From the NCBI GenBank assembly GCA_041678685.1, contig JBAYNV010000013.1:1-24719 (forward strand): 24,719 bases of DNA. Direction: 5' to 3'. Position numbers and translations under genes: made by a program. Positions within the stretch are counted from its first letter, which is position 1. Each line of letters opens with the position of its first letter. Positions 7,253 to 14,929 of this stretch are shown here, piece by piece. The notes under the pieces are model-generated. The model was not told where the DNA came from and did not search any database. It worked only from the letters and a program-made list of their open reading frames with translations. This DNA is from Clostridia bacterium. GTDB lineage: Bacteria > Bacillota > Clostridia > DUPQ01.

Positions 7253-8180
7253 CATCATATTCATGGGTACGCCGGATTTCGCTTTACCGTGTCTCGAAGC
7301 TTTGGCTGGATCAGAATATAGTGTCAAAGCGGTCGTGACACAACCGGACCGGCCTAAAGGGCGACACGGCGTCATAGAATATTCGAATATAAAAAAGTAT
7401 GCATTATCTAAAAACATACCTGTTTTACAGCCTGAAAAAATAAAGAAAGATGGATGGCCGGAAAAACTGCAGGAAATAGGTTGTGACCTTTTTATCACAT
7501 GTGCTTTCGGACAGATCCTCTCAAAGAAGATATTGGATATACCTGTATACGGTACGATAAATATACATGCCTCGCTGCTTCCTAAATACAGAGGCGCATC
7601 TCCGATGCAGAGGGCGATCATAAACGGGGATGATGTTACGGGAGTCACATCGATGCTTACGGATATAGGAATGGATACCGGTGATATACTGCTCATGAAG
7701 GAAACCGGGATCAGACGCGATGATACGATATCGACGCTGCATGACAGACTCAGTGTAATGGGGAGCCAGCTTCTCATGGATACCATAAAACTGTATGGAC
7801 AGGAAAAAATAACCCCGGTAATGCAGGATGACTCGAAGTCCAGTTATGCTCCCATGATAAAGAAGGAAGAAGGCCTGCTTGATTTCAACAAGAGCGCAAA
7901 GGAGCTTTTTGACCTCATCAGGGCATTCAACCCCTGGCCCGGAACTTTTACGACATGCAACGGCAAGGAAATGAAGGTAATAACGGCAGACTACAGTGAT
8001 GACGGCGATCACGATATGTGCAGTCCGGGAAGCGTGATATGCATAAGTAAGGAATGTATCACCGTCAAGTGCAAAAAAGGTCTTTTATATATTTCACAGA
8101 TACAGTTTGAAAATAAAAAAAGGATGACTGTCCGGGAGTGCGGACATAATATGTGCTCCGGTACTGTCTTGGGAAAATAA
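7236..8180 (+). CDS. fmt: Methionyl-tRNA formyltransferase
   Basis: N-terminal IIFMGTPDFALPCLEAL, the HASLLPKYRGASPMQ catalytic motif and the C-terminal tRNA-binding domain. The start is ambiguous: TTG 7215 (ORF track), TTG 7236 (chosen; places about 9 residues before GTPDF as in homologues; GAGG at 7229-7232) or ATG 7263 (no RBS). Confidence 0.93.
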   Translation: MKKINSIIFMGTPDFALPCLEALAGSEYSVKAVVTQPDRPKGRHGVIEYSNIKKYALSKNIPVLQPEKIKKDGWPEKLQEIGCDLFITCAFGQILSKKILDIPVYGTINIHASLLPKYRGASPMQRAIINGDDVTGVTSMLTDIGMDTGDILLMKETGIRRDDTISTLHDRLSVMGSQLLMDTIKLYGQEKITPVMQDDSKSSYAPMIKKEEGLLDFNKSAKELFDLIRAFNPWPGTFTTCNGKEMKVITADYSDDGDHDMCSPGSVICISKECITVKCKKGLLYISQIQFENKKRMTVRECGHNMCSGTVLGK

Positions 8181-8183
8181 ATA

Positions 8184-9425
8184 ATGATGAATGCCAGGGA
8201 AACCGCATTTAATATCGTTTACGGTATTATCTATGAAGACAAATATTCCAATATGTTTATAGAAAGCAATATGTCAAAAGCGGATCTGTCGGTCAAAGAC
8301 AGAGGGTTCTGCATGAATCTTTCACTTGGCACGATAAAGAACAGCATATATCTGAAACACCTGCTTTCGAAATATATCAAAGACATGAGCAAGCTTCAGC
8401 CGAAACTTCTGGTCATACTGGAGCTGGGTATATATCAGAACGTGTTCATGGATAAGGTCCCTGAATATGCGATAGCGGATGAATGCTGCAATCTGGCAAA
8501 AAAGATCATAGGCAGAAATTCAGCAAGCTTCGTAAACGGAGTGCTCAGGAACTTTTTCAGAGCGGAGTATAAGGATGATAAAGAACTTCCCCCATATATC
8601 CGTTATTCCTGTACAAAGGAAGCATATGATGTTCTGGTAAGAAGTCTTGGGAAGGATGAGTGTATCGGGGTACTGAAAAAATTCAATATGCCTTCGGATA
8701 CATATGTCAGGATAAATACCCATTTTCACGATCAGGATGCGGTAATAGAGAGTCTGACAGGCGAAGGATATACGGTTTTAGAAACAGGATCCGGCATGCT
8801 GAAGATCAAAGGTATTTTAAGCCCCATGGCATCATCGGCATATAAAGACGGAGCCATATACGTTCAGGACGAAGGCGCGCAGTCCATCGCAGATTCGACC
8901 GACGTGAAAGAAGGCATGGATGTGCTGGATGCATGCGCTGCACCGGGAGGCAAATCTATCGCAATTGCTGATATGATGAAAAATACGGGTCACATAACCG
9001 CATGCGATGCAACACCAAGCAGAGTCGCTCTTATGGAAAGCTTTATAAAGAGAAGCGGATTCACAAATATAAAATGTTATACAAAGGACATGGCCGTACC
9101 TGTACCTGAATTCAATGAAAGCTTCGACCGTGTCCTTATAGATGCACCCTGTTCAGGTCTTGGCGTTGCAGGGAAAAGGCCGGAAATAAAGCTTAAATAC
9201 AGATCATCCGCTGACCTGATAAAAACACAGAAAGCTCTTCTGAAGGCATGCTCGGATTATCTGAGAAAAGACGGGATGCTTGTTTATGGAACATGCACTC
9301 TGAATAAAGATGAGAATGAAGGGGTAATACATGATTTTCTGTCTTCGGATGACAGATTCGCATTGATCGGAGAATCGAATGAGGAAGGTTTTTACTGCGC
9401 AAAAATGCATAAGCAAAAAGCATAG
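8184..9425 (+). CDS. rsmB: 16S rRNA (cytosine967-C5)-methyltransferase RsmB/Sun
   Basis: N-terminal NusB-like domain. SAM motif DACAAPGGKS, catalytic motifs DAPCSGLG and GTCT(L). Canonical position after fmt. Confidence 0.9.
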   Translation: MMNARETAFNIVYGIIYEDKYSNMFIESNMSKADLSVKDRGFCMNLSLGTIKNSIYLKHLLSKYIKDMSKLQPKLLVILELGIYQNVFMDKVPEYAIADECCNLAKKIIGRNSASFVNGVLRNFFRAEYKDDKELPPYIRYSCTKEAYDVLVRSLGKDECIGVLKKFNMPSDTYVRINTHFHDQDAVIESLTGEGYTVLETGSGMLKIKGILSPMASSAYKDGAIYVQDEGAQSIADSTDVKEGMDVLDACAAPGGKSIAIADMMKNTGHITACDATPSRVALMESFIKRSGFTNIKCYTKDMAVPVPEFNESFDRVLIDAPCSGLGVAGKRPEIKLKYRSSADLIKTQKALLKACSDYLRKDGMLVYGTCTLNKDENEGVIHDFLSSDDRFALIGESNEEGFYCAKMHKQKA

Positions 9426-9451
9426 CAAGTTACACCGAAGGAGGGCGGATA

Positions 9452-10474
9452 TTGGAAAGCATTATCGCATATACCCATAATGAACTGAAGGATCTGTTTG
9501 TAAAATACGGATTAAAAAGATACAGAGCTATTCAGGTCCTGGATTGGATATACAATAAAAAGGTATACGATTTTGCTTTGATGAGCAATATCAGCAAAGA
9601 GGATCAGGAACTACTTAAAAAAGCATTCACTCTCGATCTGCCTGAGATAGTAACAAAACTGGTTTCAAAAGACGGAACGGTGAAATATCTTTTCAGATTT
9701 GAAGACGGCTCCATGGTGGAAAGCGTGCTCATGGATTATGACTATGGCACATCCATATGCATCTCCAGCCAGTCGGGATGTAAGATGGGCTGCAGTTTCT
9801 GCGCGTCATCGAAGGTATCCTTCAACAGGAGCCTGAAAGGCTATGAAATGACCGGGCAGATATTGAAAGCCTCTCTGGACAGCAACAAAATCATAGCCAG
9901 ATGCGTCGTAATGGGCATAGGCGAGCCTTTTGACAATTACGAGAATCTGCTGAATTTCCTCAGAGTGATAAATATGAAGGAGGGATTCAATCTTGGAGGA
10001 AGACGCATAACCGTATCGACATGCGGCATCGTTCCCAAAATATATGAATTCGCCGATCTGGGGCTGCAGGTGAATCTGTCCGTATCGCTGCATGAAGTGA
10101 CCGATGAGGCACGTTCCCGGATCATGCCGATAAATAAAAAATACCCGATAGCAGAGCTTATAGAAGCCTGCGAATACTATTTCAAAACAACAAACAGAAG
10201 GGTGTCATTTGAATATGCACTGATCCCGGGACAGAATGATTCATTTGAACATGCAAGAAAATTATGTGATCTTCTTAAAGGTGTGATGTGCTATGTCAAC
10301 GTCATACCTGTAAATCCTATAGAAGGTGCACTGGGAAAAGAAGAAAACAGTCATAATATGTCCGTTTTTTGTGCTATACTAAAGGAAAAGGGTGTTCCGG
10401 TCACAATAAGAAGAGAGTTAGGCAGAGATATCAATGCTGCCTGCGGACAGTTAAGGAGAAAGTATGATATTTAG
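9452..10474 (+). CDS. rlmN: 23S rRNA/tRNA (adenine-C2)-methyltransferase RlmN (radical SAM)
   Basis: TTG start 6 nt after GAAGGAGGG. Radical-SAM cluster motif CKMGCSFC, GIGEP, C-terminal catalytic Cys in NAACGQL. 340 aa. Confidence 0.93.
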   Translation: MESIIAYTHNELKDLFVKYGLKRYRAIQVLDWIYNKKVYDFALMSNISKEDQELLKKAFTLDLPEIVTKLVSKDGTVKYLFRFEDGSMVESVLMDYDYGTSICISSQSGCKMGCSFCASSKVSFNRSLKGYEMTGQILKASLDSNKIIARCVVMGIGEPFDNYENLLNFLRVINMKEGFNLGGRRITVSTCGIVPKIYEFADLGLQVNLSVSLHEVTDEARSRIMPINKKYPIAELIEACEYYFKTTNRRVSFEYALIPGQNDSFEHARKLCDLLKGVMCYVNVIPVNPIEGALGKEENSHNMSVFCAILKEKGVPVTIRRELGRDINAACGQLRRKYDI

Positions 10475-11216
10475 CTACAGTTCAATTACTGATGTCGGAA
10501 AAGTCAGGGAAAATAATGAAGACCTTTCTATCATTATTCCTTTTGACGAAGGCAATGAATTTGCTGCGGCTGTGGCGGATGGTATGGGCGGGCATCTTTT
10601 CGGTGAGATCGCAAGCAAATCCGCCATTGAGTGTTTCGAAAAGAAGATAAGAGACAGAAGATTTAAAAACTGTTCAAAAATAGATGAGTATTTCCTGAAC
10701 ATATGCAATTCTGCAAATAAGGATATATTGGATTTCAGTAAAAAATATAATGTATCGACAGGGATGGGGACCACACTGGATGCGATATATATAAAAGACA
10801 ACACGGTCCACGCCATTCATATAGGTGATTCCAGGATATACAGCATACACGGTGATGTGATGACGCAGATCACAAAAGATCATTCCTATGTTCAGGAACT
10901 GCTCGATCAGGGCGATATCACTGCAGAGGAATATGCAAATCATCCAAATAAGAATATAATAACCAAGGCATTAGGGATATCGGAAATACCAGAACCGGTT
11001 ATCCTTGAATTTGAACTGGTTTCTGACGGATACCTGCTCATTTGCACAGACGGACTTACCAATATGCTTGACGATGCGGCAATATTGAATATAATTAACG
11101 TGGAAAGCGATCTGGACAGTAAAACATATGAACTTGTCAGACAGGCCAATGAAAAAGGCGGAACTGATAATATAACGATCGTTTTGATAAAGACAGAGAA
11201 GAAGTTGGAGGATTAA
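10464..11216 (+). CDS. stp: PP2C-family Ser/Thr protein phosphatase (Stp/PrpC)
   Basis: ATG 5 nt after AAGGAG; overlaps the rlmN 3' end by 11 nt. PP2C motifs RENNED, AVADGMGGH, GDSR, CTDGL, GGTDNIT. Confidence 0.9.
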   Translation: MIFSYSSITDVGKVRENNEDLSIIIPFDEGNEFAAAVADGMGGHLFGEIASKSAIECFEKKIRDRRFKNCSKIDEYFLNICNSANKDILDFSKKYNVSTGMGTTLDAIYIKDNTVHAIHIGDSRIYSIHGDVMTQITKDHSYVQELLDQGDITAEEYANHPNKNIITKALGISEIPEPVILEFELVSDGYLLICTDGLTNMLDDAAILNIINVESDLDSKTYELVRQANEKGGTDNITIVLIKTEKKLED

Positions 11217-11218
11217 CA

Positions 11219-13369
11219 ATGGATCCTGTTATACTGAATAACAGATACGAACTTCTCAGTAAGATGGGTGTAGGCGGAACCGCTTACGTATACAAGGCAA
11301 GAGATAAGGTCCTTAACAGGATAGTCGCGGTTAAGACCTTAAAAGATGAATTTGCCCAGGACAAGGATTTTATAAAGCGCTTTAAAGATGAAGCTCTTTC
11401 AGTTGCAAAACTATCTCATGAAAATATAGTAAACGTATATGACGTAGGTTATGATAATAGCCTCAACTATATCGTGATGGAATGTATCGAAGGCACGACT
11501 CTCTCAAGCTATATGGAGACGACAGGCCCTCTTGAGATCAAAGAAGTGATCGAGATATCAGTACAGATATGCGCAGCGCTGGAACATGCTCATTCAAACG
11601 GCATAATACACAGGGACATCAAACCGCAGAACATACTGATATCAAAAAACGGAAAGATCAAAGTGACGGATTTCGGTATCGCAAAAGCGATCAACACACA
11701 GACTCTTACGACTGATAATAAGGCCTTCGGTTCAGTGCATTACATATCACCTGAACAGGCAAAAGGTGTATTTTTAAATAACTGCACGGATATCTATTCT
11801 ACAGGCATAGTAATGTATGAAATGACCACGGGAAAAGTCCCGTTTGATGCGGATACCCCGATAGCGGTCGTAATGAAGCATGTACAGGAAGAGCCTGTAC
11901 CGCCCAGGGATCTGAGAAAAGATATGCCCGAAGAACTGAACAGGATAATACTGAAAGCGATCGCAAAGAAACCTAATGACAGATATGCTGTTGCCGGTGA
12001 TATGGCCCGTGATCTTAAGAATATTTTCAACCCGGTAAAATCCAAGAGCGAGCTGTCTTTGGACTTTATAAACGGTGACGTGATAAAAGGCGAAGCGGAC
12101 TCGATGAATGAACCTGCCCTTACGGAATCAGACCTTTTCCTTGAACCTGATGATGATCAGGATATGCATAAAACCATGTCTATAAAGGAAGCGACAGGTG
12201 GATTCAGGGAACACGGATCCATGAATTTCGATAATGAATATAATGTTCCGCTGGTATATGCGCACGGCAGAAGAAAAAAGGAAAAGAAATATGTGCTGAC
12301 TTCGATCATAGCCATATTATGCGTTCTAGCCCTTTCAACTGCTTTTGTCGTATTTGCCATCGATGAACTGGCGGAAGTGGTTGTCCCTGAGACGCCAGAA
12401 TATGAAATAAAGAATTATGTTGGTTATGATTATGAGGAGATCAAAAAAAAGCTGGAAAATGATTTTGATATAGAAGTCCTTATGAAAGAAGCATATTCTG
12501 ACGAAAACGAACCCGGAACGATCATGGATCAGGATGTTGAAGAAGGCAGAATATTCAAGGAAGGCGGCGAAAACATAATAACGTTCACCGTAAGCGTAGG
12601 TTCCAACTATGTTCAGATCCCGATATGTGTTGGGCTGGATAACAGGATAGTCGAGCAGAATCTTATCGCTCTTGGATTCGATGATGACAATCAGATAGTC
12701 AAGGTAGAAGAACACAACAATGATTATGAAGCCGGATATGTGTATGCGGTCTCGCCTTCAGAGGGAGTGAAGATCAAGTACAATGATGTCATTACCATAT
12801 ATGTATCTTTAGGTTCGCAATACGAACTTACGACAACACCAAGGATATTAGGGCTTACCAAAGAGCAAGCAACTGCTTTACTCACGACATCGAATCTTAT
12901 TATGAATATCATGTCTGAGGAACCAGCTATAGGTGGTAATGTACCTACAGTCACTTATCAGTATCCTGAAGCCGGCCAGCCGATATATGAACAGAGCAAA
13001 GTCGATGTAAGACTGTCTTACGAAGAAGTAGATACCACGGTATATGAGGATATTTACATAACATATGCATTTGAACCGACATTTGATGAAGTAAACAAGA
13101 TGACATTCCCTGTAAAGCTCATATTCAAACTTGAATATTCCGATAAGGACAGCTCATTCCAGGAACAGGTGACGTTGCAGTCCATAGATGACATCCCTTA
13201 TACGAGAACCATCAGGATACCTGCCAAAGGGCAGACAAAACTGACCGTATTCTTAGGAGCCAACAGGTATAAACCTGCGGTCACATATATATATGAAGAC
13301 TATTGGGTTGCTCCACAACCTACGGAAGACCCGGATGTTCCTGCTGACGAACCTCCTCAAATTGAATAA
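11219..13369 (+). CDS. prkC: Ser/Thr protein kinase with three extracellular PASTA repeats (PrkC/PknB type)
   Basis: Hanks kinase motifs GVGGTAYVYKA, VAVK, HRDIKPQN, DFG, SPEQ. Single TM segment YVLTSIIAILCVLALSTAFVVFAI. Three roughly 70-aa PASTA-like repeats, then a roughly 115-aa C-terminal domain and a Pro/acidic tail. Confidence 0.93.
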   Translation: MDPVILNNRYELLSKMGVGGTAYVYKARDKVLNRIVAVKTLKDEFAQDKDFIKRFKDEALSVAKLSHENIVNVYDVGYDNSLNYIVMECIEGTTLSSYMETTGPLEIKEVIEISVQICAALEHAHSNGIIHRDIKPQNILISKNGKIKVTDFGIAKAINTQTLTTDNKAFGSVHYISPEQAKGVFLNNCTDIYSTGIVMYEMTTGKVPFDADTPIAVVMKHVQEEPVPPRDLRKDMPEELNRIILKAIAKKPNDRYAVAGDMARDLKNIFNPVKSKSELSLDFINGDVIKGEADSMNEPALTESDLFLEPDDDQDMHKTMSIKEATGGFREHGSMNFDNEYNVPLVYAHGRRKKEKKYVLTSIIAILCVLALSTAFVVFAIDELAEVVVPETPEYEIKNYVGYDYEEIKKKLENDFDIEVLMKEAYSDENEPGTIMDQDVEEGRIFKEGGENIITFTVSVGSNYVQIPICVGLDNRIVEQNLIALGFDDDNQIVKVEEHNNDYEAGYVYAVSPSEGVKIKYNDVITIYVSLGSQYELTTTPRILGLTKEQATALLTTSNLIMNIMSEEPAIGGNVPTVTYQYPEAGQPIYEQSKVDVRLSYEEVDTTVYEDIYITYAFEPTFDEVNKMTFPVKLIFKLEYSDKDSSFQEQVTLQSIDDIPYTRTIRIPAKGQTKLTVFLGANRYKPAVTYIYEDYWVAPQPTEDPDVPADEPPQIE

Positions 13370-13373
13370 CCAG

Positions 13374-14261
13374 ATGGAAACAGGGATAATAATCAAAGGC
13401 GTCAGCGGACAGTACGAAGTCGCTACGGCAAAAGGCATATATATATGCAAACCGAGGGGATTATTCAGAAGAGACGATTTCAAACCGCTGTGCGGAGATA
13501 TAGCGGATTTTGAAATAACGGACGTGAAAGACAGAGAAGGATATATTCTAAAAATACATGAAAGAAAAAACAGCCTTGTCAGGCCGCTTGTGGCCAATGT
13601 CGACAAGGCTGTAATAGTCTTTTCAATAAACGATCCCAAATGTGATACCATCCTGATGGATCTTCTGATACTTGCATGCAGACAAAATGGAATAGAGCCT
13701 GTGATGTGCCTGAACAAGACAGATCTGTCGGATGAGGATGAAAGGCAGAAAATTTCAGATGAATACAGAGGTTCCGGATATCTGTTCATGGAAACTGATG
13801 CAAAGCATAATATTGCAATGGATAAACTTAAAGAGGTCCTGCAAAACGGCATCAGTATATTTGCCGGACAGTCAGGAGTCGGAAAATCCACGATAATCAA
13901 CGCGATCCTGGAGCATATATTCATGGAAACGGGTGAACTGAGCCTAAGGATAAGCAGAGGCAAAAACACTACGAGGCACTGTGAGCTTCTTCCATATGGC
14001 GGTGGATATATTGCTGATTCCCCGGGATTTTCCAAATTCGACCCAGGTTTACTGGATCCTGACGGTATTGCCGGTATGTATAACGAATTCAAACCGTACG
14101 AGGGGCAGTGTAAATTCAATGACTGCAGACATATCTGTGAGACAGGATGCGCTGTTATAAATGCGATAAATGAAGGTAATATTTCAATGGAAAGACACAG
14201 CAGGTATAAAATAATATATAATATGGCTAAGCAAGCGGAAAAACTTAGGAGGGGATACTGA
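13374..14261 (+). CDS. rsgA: Ribosome small-subunit biogenesis GTPase RsgA (CpgA/YloQ)
   Basis: Start chosen at METGIIIKG (ATG 13374, 4 nt after the prkC stop); the ORF-track extension from 13293 overlaps prkC. Circularly permuted GTPase motifs NKTD, then GQSGVGKST. Zinc finger CKFNDCRHICETGC. Confidence 0.93.
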   Translation: METGIIIKGVSGQYEVATAKGIYICKPRGLFRRDDFKPLCGDIADFEITDVKDREGYILKIHERKNSLVRPLVANVDKAVIVFSINDPKCDTILMDLLILACRQNGIEPVMCLNKTDLSDEDERQKISDEYRGSGYLFMETDAKHNIAMDKLKEVLQNGISIFAGQSGVGKSTIINAILEHIFMETGELSLRISRGKNTTRHCELLPYGGGYIADSPGFSKFDPGLLDPDGIAGMYNEFKPYEGQCKFNDCRHICETGCAVINAINEGNISMERHSRYKIIYNMAKQAEKLRRGY

Positions 14262-14908
14262 TGATAATAATCTCACCGTCGATACTGGCAAGTAATTTTG
14301 CAAGACTCGAAGAGGAAATAAAAAAGGTAGAAAAAGGCGGAGCGCAGTATATCCATATCGATGTCATGGACGGTCACTTTGTACCTAATATTTCTGTAGG
14401 CCTGCCTGTAGTGCAGTCTGTAAGAAAGGTGACAGAGCTTGTGCTTGATGTTCATCTTATGATATGTGATCCTGATAAATTTATCGATGATTTCGCAAAA
14501 GCAGGCGCGGATATCATATGCGTACAGCAGGAAGCATGCCTGCATCTTGACAGGACCATCATGCATATAAAGAGCCTGGGGAAGAAAGCGGCTGTAGCTC
14601 TCAATCCTGCCACAAATATAGATACGCTGAAGTATGTTCTCCCTCTTTTGGATATGGTACTCATAATGAGCGTTAATCCAGGTTTCGGAGGACAGAAATA
14701 TATACCTTACTGCACAGAAAAGATCAGGGACCTTAGGGCGATGATCACGGAAGCCGGATTAAATACTGACATAGAGGTAGACGGGGGAATAACTCCTGAA
14801 AACTGTCACGAGATAAAAGAAGCGGGAGCGAACGTGCTTGTCGCAGGTTCTGCAGTATTTAAGGCAAAAGATGCATCTGAAGCTATAATGCTGATGAAAA
14901 CCAGATAA
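14261..14908 (+). CDS. rpe: Ribulose-phosphate 3-epimerase
   Basis: ISPSILA..., HIDVMDGHFVPN, MSVNPGFGGQ, VDGGI. The start overlaps the rsgA stop (TGATG). 215 aa. Confidence 0.95.
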   Translation: MIIISPSILASNFARLEEEIKKVEKGGAQYIHIDVMDGHFVPNISVGLPVVQSVRKVTELVLDVHLMICDPDKFIDDFAKAGADIICVQQEACLHLDRTIMHIKSLGKKAAVALNPATNIDTLKYVLPLLDMVLIMSVNPGFGGQKYIPYCTEKIRDLRAMITEAGLNTDIEVDGGITPENCHEIKEAGANVLVAGSAVFKAKDASEAIMLMKTR

Positions 14909-14929
14909 GTATCATTCCCTTATCTTTTT
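14903..14929 (+). terminator. Weak AT-rich hairpin + T4 spanning the rpe stop and the 3' end of the convergent U32 gene
   Basis: AGATAAG (14903-14909) / CTTATCT (14919-14925), 9-nt loop, then TTTT (14926-14929). Only 2 G:C pairs. Confidence 0.2.

Noticed and set aside
7103-7786. A 227-aa minus-strand ORF antisense to the def 3' end and fmt.
   Set aside because: Same reasoning: it overlaps two strongly supported + strand genes, has a low-complexity antisense-type composition and has no translation signals.
12444-12451. A8 homopolymer tracts inside prkC (12444-12451) and rqcH (18116-18123) as possible slipped-strand phase-variation sites.
   Set aside because: These are runs of Lys codons of ordinary length for an AT-rich genome. 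Both genes are intact, and there is no associated repeat expansion or alternative frame with coding potential.
13293-13373. Upstream extension of the rsgA ORF overlapping the prkC 3' end.
   Set aside because: The RsgA homology begins at METGIIIKG (ATG 13374), 4 nt after the prkC stop. The extension is read from the prkC coding sequence in another frame.
13253-14119. A 288-aa ORF on the minus strand, antisense to rsgA and the prkC 3' end.
   Set aside because: It lies entirely inside genes with unambiguous homology-defining motifs on the + strand. Its translation is Ser/Leu/Pro/Ile-rich and low-complexity, typical of the antisense frame of purine-rich coding DNA. I saw no RBS or promoter. The most likely explanation is stop-codon depletion in that antisense frame.
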